From NCBI RefSeq assembly GCF_004010195.1, contig NC_057755.1, positions 3,867,462-3,931,461 of the forward strand: a DNA stretch of 64,000 nt. Direction: 5' to 3'. A model generated the notes under the pieces. The model saw nothing but the letters and a program-made list of their open reading frames with translations, ran no database searches and was not told the origin of the DNA. The stretch is from Chiloscyllium plagiosum (Eukaryota). Both the position numbers and the translations under genes were made by a program. Positions 51,131 to 64,000 of this stretch are shown piece by piece (the stretch's first letter is position 1; every line of letters starts with the position of its first letter).

Positions 51131-52199
51131 GAATGTGCCATAAAGGGGCAGCACAGTGGTTTACACTGCTGTCTCCGAACACCAGGGAGCTGGGCTCGAT
51201 TCTGTCCTTGGGTGGCTGTCTGTGAGGTGTTAGCACATTCTTCTTGTGTATGTGTGGGTTTCCTTTTACATTCCAAAAGATGCGCAGGTCAGGTGAATTG
51301 GCAATGCTAAATTGCCCAAAGTGTTAGGAACGGTATTCACAGGTAAAGTAGGGAAATGATTAGGGGTGGGTCAATCTTCAGTGGACTTGCTGAGCCAAAG
51401 GGCTTGGTTCCACACTGCAGGGAATCAATTTTTTTTAAATCAGATCCTTTCCTGCTTCACAGTGTTCTCAAAATATCTCATTCAATACATCCGAATCATC
51501 CTCCTCCTCATCAAAATCCAAACTGTTGAATACTTCAATAGCTTTATCTTCTCCATTTCTTTTCTGAAATGCCGTTTGACATGAGGTAGAGCTGATGGAA
51601 AATTGGTGTTTCTTCTATTGTTCGGAACATGCACCAGGGATGAAGTGATAACATTGAGAGTGAGTGCTGAACGTACAGTAAGAGACAGATAGATTAGATT
51701 CGAGGACAAGTTGCCTTGACCAAACAAAATATTATGTACTCTTTCTTATGCATCGATTAGGTACACGAGAAATTAGGGAAACAACCAGAAAAGTGAACAA
51801 ATAAAACTGGTTTTCGAATATTTGAATGGGGAGTGCATCAATCCCCGAAATGTTGCAATACTAGGACGATGCACCAAGTTGATGTAGCAAGCTGCTAATC
51901 CATCTCCAACAAAGCGGGTGCGAGGTTGGTTTGGGGGTGTTGAAAGAGACTGTCCCACTGTCTTGCCCCTCCATGTAGCTCAGACTGGGAGGCTCTAAGG
52001 TGAACTTATGTGCATCATTGAAGAAATAATTGGAACATGAAGCAGTTATTGGGATAGAAGACGCGTGAAGAGCTTCGAGTGGAATGCAGGAAATTGGATC
52101 AGGGAATCGAACTGCATACAGGTAAGATGGACCAATTGGCCGCTTCTGTGCCACAACATTCTATCATTCTGTGATCTCTTCCTCTCTCTCTTGAACCAG

Positions 52200-52318
52200 G
52201 TCTGCCTTTCCGCTGTGGAAAAGACAATGGGAGATGCAGACTAAGCACGTGTGCAGAGAATGAGTTCGAAACTAATGGGAAGTGTCTCTTGTTCTTCAAG
52301 TGTTGCAAGAGCTTGTGA
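52200..52318 (+). CDS. Beta-defensin-like gene 2, mature-peptide exon (signal exon not firmly identified)
   Basis: Polypyrimidine acceptor ctcttcctctctctcttgaaccag, phase 1, then LPFRCGKDNGRCRLSTCAENEFETNGKCLLFFKCCKSL-TGA. Same 6-4-10-5-0 cysteine spacing as gene 1 and shared G-x-CR, TC and EFE. Confidence 0.88.
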
Positions 52319-52432
52319 GTTCCAACTGGGGAAGCATGGCCAAAGCGAAGTTCTGTTTGGTGCTAAATGCTGTCACTCCGCACTTGTGTCAGCGGCAATG
52401 TGTGACAAGCCCACTCTTCCTGCATTGACTTG

Positions 52433-52438
52433 AATAAA
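52433..52438 (+). promoter_or_regulatory. Polyadenylation signal (AATAAA) of defensin gene 2
   Basis: AATAAA about 115 nt downstream of the TGA at 52318. Confidence 0.65.
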
Positions 52439-53589
52439 ACTCACTGCATTCATGATCACTTCTGTTCTGTTTTCATTTCTCATGGAGAGAACACCATCCC
52501 ATCTTTATTTTGAAAGAATACCCATCTGGTCCAAGTCTCTCTCACAAGCAGAAACAACTTCTCCGCACTTACCCTGTCGTGTACCCTAAGAATCTTGCAT
52601 GATTCAATTAGGTACGAACTCAGTTTTCTAAACTCTGATGCGTACAGGTCCAGCCCTACTCAACCAATCCTCACAAGACATTCCCTCCATTCCTGGGATA
52701 AGTCTGATGACCATCATAAGTTTAAAGGTAGGTGTGTTCACCAAATACTGCACAATGTTGAGCACCATTTGAAAATTCGCAGATACTGAAATAGTTCATG
52801 TTCAAATGCAACAACATCTGAAAACCATCCAGGCTCGGGCAGTGATACTTGCTCGTCATAATTACTATACAATGACCATCTCAAATAAGAGACAATGTAA
52901 GCAACTCCACATGAAACTTGATGGTGCAATCTTCATTGAATCCACCACTATCAACACCCTCGGGCTTATCATTGACCAGAAACTCAAGTGAACTCACCAA
53001 TAAACCCTGTGATTACAAGAGCAGGTCAGAGGCTAAGAAAACTGTGGCAAGTAACGCCCAAAGTCTGTGCACCAACTCCAAGGCACAACTCAGGATGTGT
53101 TGAGATATTCTCCATTTGCCGGGGTGAGTGCAGTTCCAGCAACACTCAAGAAGCTCGACAAGATCCAGGACAAAGCAGACAACTTGACATCTACAAACAT
53201 CCACTCACTCTGTCACTGACACTCAGTAGCAGCAGTGTGTAAGAGCTACAAGATAGCACTGCAGAAATTCACTAAATATCCTTAGACAGGATCTGCCAAT
53301 ACGCTTTCATTGTGAAGGACAAAGATAATTGCTAAATTGGAACACTACCACTTGCAAGTTTCCTATGAAGCCATTCAGCACCCTGATTTGGAAATATATC
53401 GTCTTTCCTTCACTGTTTTCGTCTACCAACAGCAGACGGAATGTGACGACTCAAGAAAACAACTCAGCAAAACATTCCCAAGTCACCCAGGAATGGGCAA
53501 TATATGCTGGACCCAGTCAGCAATGCTCATGTCACACGAGTGAATTAAATGCGAAGTTCCCTCCCTGGCAGTGCCTTCCAGATCTCTGC

Positions 53590-56500
53590 AGTCTTCATTG
53601 CACCCCATGCTCCCAGTAAAACAATTCCTACTTAAACCCATTCTAAATCTCTCAACTATCACTTTAACATGGTGCCCCTATGTTACTGAACCTTAGATTA
53701 ACGAAATGGATGCTCGCAATCCACCCTGTGCACACACCTCAGAATCTTCCAGACATTTATCAGCTGTCCCCTCGACCTTCTTTGCTCTAGTAATCTCCCT
53801 TCATCATTGAATGCTCCCATCCAAGCTACATCTTGGCGAATGATCTCTGCATTTCCTCTATTCCAGTCACAGCTTAAAATCTCACAACCCCGGGTTATCG
53901 CCCAACAGGTTTATTTGGAAGCACTTGCTTTCAGAGCGCTGCTCCTTCATCAGGTGCTTGTGATGTAGGACCATAAGTGTACATACTCCACAACCACCTG
54001 AAGAAGGAGTAGTGCTCCGAAATCTGTTGGACTATAATTGGCGTTGTGTGATTTTTAACTTTGTCCTCCCCAGTCCAACATTGGTTCCTCCACATCAATA
54101 TAGCAACATCCATCTACAGTGTGGTCACCAGAACTTCACGTAGTTCTCCAGTTGTGACCTAGCCAATGTCCTGTAAATCTCCAACGTAACTTCCTTGCTC
54201 TCATAATCAATGCCTCTTTTGATAATGACAAGCACAGCCTTTGCCTTCTTAACTATCTAATAGCCAATGGTTGCAACTTCAGGTTCTGTGGACAAACACC
54301 CACAAATCCCTCTGTTCCACTGACATTCCTGGTCTCCTACCATTCATTGAGTACTCTCGAGTCATGTTACTTAATTCAATGTTCATTAATCCACATTTAT
54401 CAGGGTTAAATTCCTCCCACCACCCTTTTTTTGGGTTGGTGGTTTGCCTTATTAACAGCGAGAGGGAGGATGTCTGAAAATGGTAGTGCCATCGCTTGGA
54501 AAGGTAATGGCCCAGGTTGGATTGTCATCCTTCCTGGGGATTGTTGTGTCCCACCAAAGGGTGGCAGCATCAGAGTGCTGCTGACCGTGGGAAGTCTCCG
54601 AAATTGATTGCAGCCTCTACCTCATATCTTCAGCTCTAAAACAGAAAAGGGAACATTCTACAACGATTGAAGTCGACATTTCTCCGTCACCATTACATGT
54701 TGTAGCCCTCAGGGTGATGAAGTGCACAGAGACACAGTTTCGAATGACCCAACAACAATTACAGAGTCATGGAGGTCTTCAGAAAAAAGGCATTTTGGCC
54801 GATCAAACCACTGTCGATCAAACACAAATGTCTAACTATTGTTCTTAATCAATCACAAGTTGTGGGCATCACTGGCTGGACCATCATTTATTGCTTCCCT
54901 TAATTTCCAAGACGGCAATTGTCACCACATGGCCATGGGTTTGGATTCACATGGATTCTATATTTCCCTAAAGGAGAGCAGTGAACCAAATGGACATCTT
55001 TCCCAACAATCACCAAAAGTTTCGTGGTCACCATTAGACACTGCATTTCCAATATTTGTTTCAATAAAATTCATTTCCACCATCTGCCAAGGCCTGAAGA
55101 AAACCAAGTTCCTCAGAATCCTACTTGGGTCTCTAGACCAACAATCCACAATAATATCACTGGGCCATGTCATCTCCAATGACCTAATTCCATTCTGATT
55201 CCATTTTCCAACGATGGGCCTACAAGCCTGCATGCCGAGGCAACACAAGTGCACATTGACAATATCAAAGAGTGCAGCATAAGTAAAGGCCATTCATCCC
55301 ATCCCACCATGTCTGTGAGGACCACAATGCCATTCAACTGTAATCCCATCTGTCTGAACATAGTCTGTATCCCTCTATTCACTTGCTGTTTATGAGTGTT
55401 CATAAATGGATCTTTCACATTGCGAATGTAACTGTTTTGACCAACTCCTCTTGCACCGTGCTCCAGTCACTAACCATGCTTTTCATAAAAAAACTTGCCT
55501 CATGCATCACCTCCAAACATTTTCCCTCAACTTAAACCTATGCCCCTAGTGTTTGACATTTCCACCATGGGTCAAAGACTTTGGTTATTCACCCTACCCG
55601 TGTCTCTCATAATTTTAAACGCTGTTATCTGGTCACACCTCAACATCCAACGCTCTCGTGAAAACAATCCAAGCTTGTCGAACCTTGCCCTATATCTAAT
55701 ATACTCTAATCCAAGCAACATCCTGGGAAACCACTTATTCAGCCTCTCTGAGACCTCCACAGCCTTCCCTTATTGTGGTGGCTGGAACTACACGTAGTAC
55801 TCCAAATGTGGAACCACTAAAATCTTACACCGTTGTAACATGAATTTCCAACACAGTGGCCTAACTGAAAAAGGCAAGCCTGCCCGACGCCTTCTTTACC
55901 ACCTTAGCCACTTGCGTTGATACTGGCCTGGAGATATTGGGTTGTACCCTGATATCCCTATAAATGCTTTCATCTAAGTACCTCTTCAAAATAATGAATC
56001 CTTCTGACTCCATCACCCTTACAGCCAGTGAGTTTCAGATTCGCACTACCCTCTGACTGAATAAAATAGAAGTCCCTCAATCCCTCTAAATCTTCCATCC
56101 CTTCTTGTAAATCGATGTCCCCTGGCCATTTCTGCCTCCACCGAAGGGAGTAATTTCTTCCTGTCTACCCTGACTGTGCCTCTCAGCGATACATCTCTAT
56201 CATGTCCCCTCTTAATCTGATCTGTTCTGAGAAAATAAAACTCCACTCTGTCCAAACTGTCTTCACAAGGGAATCTCTTCAACTCAGGTAACATGCTGGT
56301 TAATCACCTCTGCCTACATCCACTGTCACATCCATCCTATCATGTAGATCCCGAAGTGCACACAATGAACCCAGAACAATGTTTCATACAGTTCCAGCAA
56401 AACAGTTCTCAGCAGCATCACGATTGATTCAGACCTTTTATGAAATACTGAAGGACAGTCTGAGCCTGGGACAGAGCCCTGAACAGCTGAGCAGGAGGTC

Positions 56501-57900
56501 TGCAAAACTTTGCTCTGTCCACTTGGAAACCTGGTTCAGGTACAGCCTGTCAATGACTGAGGGATGGACCATATTCTGCACTTCACCCGATGAACCCTGA
56601 ATCTTACTTGCCCGGCTTGTTTATGAGCAGGTACACAAGTCTTATCCCAGGTATAGAGGGGACTGTCGCGTGAGAAGAGATTAAGTGGATTGGCCCTGCG
56701 CTCATTAGAGTAAGAAGAACTTTACTGAAACATATAAGTCTATCAGGGGATTTGACAGGCTAAATAGAGAAAGGTTCTTTCCCCTTTTAGCAGACTCTTG
56801 GACCAGAAAGCATCACTTCATAGTAAGGGGTTGTCCACTTCAGGCTGATCTGAGGGGAAATGGCTTCTGCCATAGAAAATTAAAACTGCAGCATTCTTTA
56901 TCACAGAGGGCTGTGGAGGATGGATAATTAAGTATATTCAAGATTACGACAGAAAGATGTTTAATTCGGAAGGAAATAAAAGATTGAGTGGAAAATACAT
57001 AGAAATGGACTTGAGGATGATCAGATCAGTTAAGATCTGATGGAGTGGTGGAACAGTCTCGATGGACACTCTGCAGATGGTGAAAATGTCCTCTTTGTGG
57101 TAGGGAGACTAAACAACACACACTGCTCCAGGGCTGGTTTCACCAAGTCCCTGTCCAGATTCAGTGAGGCATCTTGAATCTGAACTCCAATCCTTTTGCA
57201 ATGGAGGCCAACCTTCCATTTGCCTTCTTCATTGCTCAAGCAGTGAGTAAACTGTTGGTTCACAGTGAGGGCAAGCTTCCAAACAAGATGGCAGACAGGA
57301 TGGCGACTGGTTCTGCTTCAGAGCTGAATATTGAAGAAAACATTAGTTGTTTATAAGGAATATGTAACTATTGGGAGACAGCTGATGATGATTTAACCTG
57401 GGGATCACCTGAGGTTGAAGAAGATGAGATCTGCATGCTGTTAATGACTTGGAACAAAGAAGTGAATGTTCTGTGTTCAAAACTGCAGACAGCGTAACAA
57501 TGTGGCAGGGTTTTGGGGAAGGCAGCTTGCAAGAGGGGTGAAACCATTTTATGGAGAGTATTGATAGTATCAGTCAGTGGGCATAACTTTGACAAATTGT
57601 GTACAATGTTGGAATATGTGATGTTTTACATCTTGGAGGGGAGAACAAAAGCACAGATTATTGAAATGGAGAAAGTTGCAACATAAATCAATTTGGGAGA
57701 ACATGGAAAACGAGCACACGGGGCAGCTTGTGATCGGGAATGGCAATAGAATGTTGGGTCTCATACTTACAGGAGGGAGTATCATAGTATCATAGAGGGA
57801 TTGGGATTTTTAAACCATGTAGGGAGGACTAATGTGTCATTGTGTCGATACTGGTCATGGAAGATTAATCTTTTCTAATCCTATATTCCATCATTTAGCT
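53590..57900. mobile_element. Patchwork of old CR1 fragments on both strands with a short Penelope-type insertion (~53875-54100)
   Basis: ERLNKWFPRMLLGLE...LGLFSRE (55572-55760), RGHRF (56046-56294) and others; boundaries approximate. Confidence 0.7.
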
Positions 57901-60845
57901 AGCAGCCTCGCATACTATGGTATTTCAAGTGCTCATCTAAATAGTTCTTGATTGTTGTGACAACTCATACCTGTTCAGATCTTTTCAGGCAATGAGGTCC
58001 ACATCACTCTGAATACCTCAGTGAAAAAAAATTGCTCAAATCCCCTTACCTTATATCTGTGCATATTGGTTACTGACTCCCGACTGAGGGGAAAGAGTTT
58101 GCGCTATTTACCTGTCTATATCACTCAGAACTTTACACAGTAGGACTGCAGAAAGGCATGGGGTTAGGGAGCATTGTGAGGCCAAATGTGATTACTGTCT
58201 GAGTACATGAAACGGTTTGGAGAAGAACACAGAACTGAGAGGCCTGTGAGTCTCGAATTATTTGCAGAAATAAGAGGGAGTGACTCTGGAGAAGATCAAA
58301 GGGAAAGAGAAGTTCTGTGAGTGTGCAAGTGCTTACAATAATAATGATGGAGTCGGACTGCAGGAGGGCAGAAAACGAGTGGATGCAGGAACACTGGAAG
58401 CTAATACAAATAAAAAACACAGTGAGGCTGGAGGATGAAACAGAGTTCCGGAGAACTGTCGAGTTTGGAGCAGACTGCAGAGATGGTGAAGGCCGCATTT
58501 GCCTCGTGGGTAATGCAAGGGAATTAGCTTCAGCAAACTGCAAGCTATGGCATCGTCAGGAAAGATCATTGTGGTTGGGAAAGATTACTGAATTAGGGAT
58601 TTTTCCAGCCTGGAGGTAGTGCGGAGATAGAAAGTCGTGCAAACGTGCAGAGGTTCGAGAGAAGGATTGTGTGAAATCATTGACAGATTTGAAAACAAGA
58701 CCACTTTGAAATGCAGATGTTTCTGGAGACAATGCAGTTCAGTTAGAGACCACGTGTGGCAGGAGTTACATGATGGACAACATTCATTTCAACAACATGA
58801 GGCTGACTGACACTAATATCATGCCAAGTCAGAATTTGAAATTTCCAGTAATGATGTGAGAACAGATCGATGGATGATTTACACAACAAATGAGCGGATG
58901 CAATAATTAAATGGAAACAAACTGTCTTGATGCTGAGAACTGGTTCGAAGTTATCTCAAAACTCATTTTCAAATGTGTGACTGGGATTTTTCTGGGTCAA
59001 CCTGAGGCAGTTCCCAGGAAGTGGTGGAGGTTGTCATAAGCTGTCAATCAATGACATTGACCCCAACATTGAATACAGTGTCAGTCCCTGGACCCACCTC
59101 CAGCTTTCCCCCCAATCCTTCTTAATGATGGTAACCATGACGTTTTAATCTGCCCAGATTACAACACGTCCTCCCATCTCCCTCCAACTCCCAATAAACA
59201 AGCAGTATCACGAGGTATCAGGAGATAAGAATATCCCCAACACCAGCTAGTGGTGTGAGAATCTACATTATATTAATAATTGGGATATTTTTTATTGACG
59301 TGGGAAGCAGTTTTGCATACGCTTTGATTTCCATTTTGAAAACTGAAATGTTCTTTTGCTTCCCCGAATGCAATGGGCTGGAAATGGAAATAACAGAGCT
59401 GGAAGTGACACTTTGGATCATGATTAGCTTTCCATGATACAGGAGGAAGCAGAGACCCTGCTCTTGCCATTTCAGTTCCGATAATCTTAGGTGAATCTTG
59501 GCTCTGGCCCTTGCTCCACTGATCTTTAGCCTGTGCCGTATCTACAGCTCCTTTACGCTGGTCTCCCAAATATGAAACAAAAACCAAAACATAAATTGCT
59601 GCAAAGACCCAGCAGGTTTGGCAGCATTTGTGGGAGAGAAATCCCAGTTAATGCTTCGGGTCCAGTGACCCTTCTTCAGAACAGAAATGTTAGCTCTTCT
59701 CCTTGAATTGGGAAACCTGTGTCCTTATCTTCATCTTCTTTTCGTTCTCTTGATGCCTGCTAAATATTCTATCTTCTGTTCTCTCCCTGAGAGATGTGCA
59801 TCTCTACAATGGTTACCTTTCGTCTTCAATGATCATTTCTTACCCCCTACCCATTGGATTTTGAGCTTTTGTCAGGTTTATGCAGTGATTAGTTAAATAA
59901 TTCTGGAAACTGGATATTTCATCGTTCTTTTGAACTGAGCTCTGACATTGGGTAGAGGCACCATGTAAATATTTGTGTTTGTGGATCAACCTATATTGCG
60001 CAGCATGTATCCAACTTGTTCAAAGATTCAAAGATTTCATAGTCATAATCCGTTAACTGATCTGGGAGACCAAATATATGGAAAACATATAACAGCCAGA
60101 GAATTACGAACTTTCCAGATATTGCAATGCATAAAATCACTGTCTGAATTCTACTCTTCAGCTTGGGCTCACTCTGCTCGTCTTCCTTACGAAAACACCT
60201 CAGTCCCTTACAGTCTTGTCTTGTAAATAAAGTGTGTGTGACTGTCAGACCATTGAGGAACAGAATGAAAAATAAGGCAAGAATGGGTTTAAAGCCACAG
60301 CAAATGAGTGAAATCCAATGCAGCAAGATTCAGCAAAGTAGCTGCCCTTATTCCTGCCGTAAAATAGCCTGTTCCTAGTTATATTTTTTAGTCTCAAATC
60401 TAAAATGCCAAGAACATTTTATAAACAAAGGAGAATGTCGATTGTTGACACAAATGCAGTAAACAATTACTAGTCCAGTATTTAGTTTTCAGTTTGTGGC
60501 AACAAAAGCTGACTAAGCGATCAAAGATGAATGTGACAGTGAACTAGACAGAACAGTCAGTGAAAATGGCCAGCAGATCTGTTGTTGCCATGGCCACCAG
60601 ATAACGTGTTATGCAGGTAGCGAGGCCTTACTTATTGATAGGAAAGTGCTAAAAGTTGGACCACTCTTTTCCTTTTATTCATGTTGACATCAATGGCAAG
60701 GCCAGCATATATTGCCATTTGCTAAGAAAGGAATTAAGATTCAATTACATTGCTGTGGATCTGGAGTTACCTATAGACCATTCCCTACCTTCTGAAAAGA
60801 TAGGTGCCTCACTACAATGAGTTGTATTCGGAGGAAAACATGCCA

Positions 60846-63800
60846 TCATAGCTGTAAAATATCAAAAAAGATCAGTTATCATGGCAGAGCAAAGAAATAC
60901 TGGGGATGTAAGAGGAAAGTTCTTTCTTAATGATCGGTTTGAGGGCAGATGTATTTCAATTACAAAAGGATGATGTTCCCACGCAATGATAATGCATGTT
61001 GTTCAAATGTGATTTCCAAGCAGAGGCAAATGTTTAATGTATAAGCACCGTGAAAAGTGAGGGAAGTGAGACCATTGTAATTCTGGTCAAGTGTGAACCC
61101 CAGTCATCTGACAATATGGTGGAGAAAAAGGGGTAGATAATGTGGGTTAATTAATATTGTGGAGGCACGAAGGTAGAGATAACACAAACAAACTGCCACA
61201 CTGCACCATTGCCTACCCCTGCCACGCTGCATTAACTCGCCTCAATTATCAACAAAACATACAAGAAGTGCAGTGAATTAACACTGAATACTTTACTTTC
61301 AATGTGGATTCCTGCAAGATTTAGAAAATGAATAATATGCTGTTCATCATTCAGTTTAAAATGTAAAGATGTATGCAACATGTATAAAGGCAGAAAGTAG
61401 AGTTAAACTATACGTTGGTCAGAAGCTCGGGCAGACCCGCCGTGCTCCTTCAGCAAAGTAAACTGTCCAGACATCTATCGTCAGTTCTGTGTTATAGATG
61501 ATTTCTTTTGGACAGGTATCTCAATTGAAAGAAGTGGACGTTCATCTCAGTCCCAGCTAGAAACATTTTTGTGACCCTGTCGGTGTAGATGAAAGGAAGT
61601 AAGAGCGAATGAAACACATTTACTCAGTCAGAAAAGTACCAAGTGCTTTACAACTGCTCTGCCCGGGACCGTAAGAAACTACAGAAAGTTGAGAACACAG
61701 CCCAGTGCATTACACAAGCCAAACTTCCTGCCATTCACTCAATCTACACTTCTTGTTGCCTCAGAACGGCAGCCAACATCATTAAAGACTCTTCCCACCC
61801 CCGTTAAATCCTCTTCCAAACTTTTCCGTCAGTCTGAAGATACAAAAGCATAAACATGCATACCAATAGGTTCAAGAATATTTTCTTCTCCGCTGTTATT
61901 TGACTTGTGAATGGATCTCTCAAATTTAAAATCTAATGATGATCTTGCTTTTTGTGCACCGTCGTTGCAGCTGTAACTTTATATTCCTCGCTCTGTTCAA
62001 TCACCTGATGATCTTCGTGTCTTTGCATGCTAAAGTCTGCTGTTCGACAAGCAAACAAATGATTTTCACAGTGTACAGGTAGATATGACAATAATAATAA
62101 AACAAATCAAATCATATCAAAGGTGAAAGGAGAAAGGACAATGACAGAGATGATGGAAGCGGTCGAACATCAAAGCCAGTGGAATAACTTGTGAGGACAA
62201 GACGTGCTGTGTTTTTGATAGAGCTGAAAAGTTTGAAATGCCAGAGGATGGCATGTTGAATGTTGAGGGTGTTGCTGAAATATGAAAAGTGCATCACTGG
62301 GAAAGTTGCTAAGGTGGCACTGATGCTTTCACAAAGAAAAGTATCCTGAGAAGAAACAACAGTTCGGGCAATTACAGTCAGAGTCATTTTGGAGTCAGTG
62401 GCTCTGGAGAAATGTTGGTTAAAAGACGATGGACTATATAGGAGTTGGAGAAGTCATAAAGACAGAGAGGTTTATAACGCAGAAAAAGATATGCACTTTG
62501 GCCTGTAGAGTCTATGCTGGTCAAATTCAATTGCCTAACAATTCTCATGTAGTTTTCCAGCATTAGGTCCATAACCCTGCCATTACAACTACACACATAA
62601 ATAGTTCTGTTATCAGGGTATCCGCCTCTACTGCCCTTACAAGGAGCCATCTAGGGAGCCAAACTCTGGCTACCTGCAGCCTGGAGGAAGAATGCCTCAT
62701 CTTCCGCCTTGGGACCACCCCCCCCCACCCCCACAAACACAAGAGATCAATGTGGATTTCCCCTCTTCCCACCTTATCCCAGATCCAACCTTCCAACTCG
62801 GTGTCGCCCTCTTGAACTGTCCTACTTAACCATCCTCCTGCCTATCTATCCACTCCACCCTCCCCTTCGACCTATCACCATCACTCCCACTTTCATCTAA
62901 CTATTGCATTCCCAGCTACATTCCCCCACAACAGCCCCCCTCCCATTTATGATTCAGCCCCCTTGGGCCGCTCCCTCATTCCTGATGGAGCCTACTAAAA
63001 CGTCGACTTCCCTACTCGGCGGATGCTGTCTGAGCGGCTGTGCTTTTCCAGCACCCCACTATTCTACCCGTCCAGGCAGTAATTTCCAGATTGCCACCAC
63101 AGTCTCAGTGGCAAACGAAACATCCTGCCTCTTTGCATCCATGCCCCGGTCATTTACAAGCCCAAAAAGGGGAAAACGTATGTATTTCAATGCTGTCTAT
63201 GCTCCTTATGATTCTATATATTGAAACCACGTCCGCTCAAGAATCTTCCCTGCCCCAACGAAAACAAGACTAATCCATCCAATCTCGCTTCGTACCTAAA
63301 GCTTTCCAACATTGGAATCATCATGGAAATCTCTGCATCATTTCCAGGGCAATGAAAATACACCTACCTTGTGGATTCCAGAACTGCACACAATACGCTC
63401 GCTGTGGCGTGGCCAATATTTTATACAGTTGCAGCATATTTTCCTTGCACTTCATCTCTATTAAAAGAACAAAAAATGTTCCTTATTCCTTTTGAACCAT
63501 ATTATCGACCTGTCAAGCTGCCATATGGTGTTCATGTGCAGCAAGGTCCCTTTGATTTTCAGTGTGTCTCAGGCTCTTACCATTCGTCATGTTTTTCCCT
63601 TGCCTTGTATTTCCTTCCCATGTGCATTAGCTCACAAATACTCATACTGAATTCCATTTGCCACTGATCAGCCCATCTCACCAGCCGATTTACACCATCC
63701 CATAATCGAAGGATATCCTCTTCACTCTTCAGCACTTCATCAATTTTTTCCTGTCAGTGAACTTATCCTGTATATTCCCCAGTATGTTGGTTTCCCGGTA

Positions 63801-64000
63801 GATGTGAATACCACCGTTCATCTTTAGTGGAACATGTGGGCCCTGTATTCTTTCTATTTCCTTCTTGAATGCATCCCACTCCTCGAACATGGATTCCCCT
63901 AAAAGTGTCTGCTCTCTGTCCAATTGCACACAACCTTATTAACATTTGGGATTGCTCCAGTTTAGAACTTTGATTTCTTGTCCTCGTCTTTTTCCAAATT
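60846..64000 (+). repeat. Segmental duplication copy B (paralogous to 1-2834)
   Basis: Starts tcatagctgtaaaatat (cf. tcacagctgtaacatat at 1) and continues to the window end (cttgtcctcgtctttttcca, cf. 2811-2830). Confidence 0.95.

Noticed and set aside
59255..59437. ORF with hydrophobic N-terminus (RIYIILIIGIFFIDVG)
   Set aside because: Starts at GTG, AT-rich, with no splice or homology support.
60145..60235. Acceptor-like site, short ORF and AATAAA resembling a terminal exon
   Set aside because: No recognisable protein similarity and no upstream partner exon found.
60493..60600. Acceptor followed by TGT GGC ... TGT TGT TGC, a possible further defensin
   Set aside because: Cysteines fall in different frames with stops, and the spacing does not fit.

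Overview
Repeat-rich vertebrate genomic DNA with three N gaps. It is most likely from a cartilaginous fish (shark), inferred from HE1/V-SINE-type SINEs, abundant CR1 LINEs, Penelope elements and a GPR139-like receptor relic. The ORF track is almost entirely transposon fragments and noise. Reading for splice signals reveals a small beta-defensin locus that the track misses. One complete two-exon gene lies on the minus strand (37881-37788 joined to 36986-36853; 75-aa prepropeptide; TATA, GT/AG and polyA signals all present). An intact paralogous six-cysteine exon lies on the plus strand (52200-52318), but only disrupted candidates for its signal exon were found. Also present: a decayed env-bearing, apparently pol-less endogenous retrovirus (27615-36020, minus) with divergent LTRs and non-matching flanks; a perfect 64-bp hairpin Penelope insertion carrying a hammerhead-ribozyme core; a GPR139-like pseudogene; and a tRNA-Gly pseudogene. 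The first ~2.8 kb of the window recurs at 60846-64000, suggesting a ~61-kb tandem segmental duplication that may carry the defensins. Identities quoted are visual estimates.
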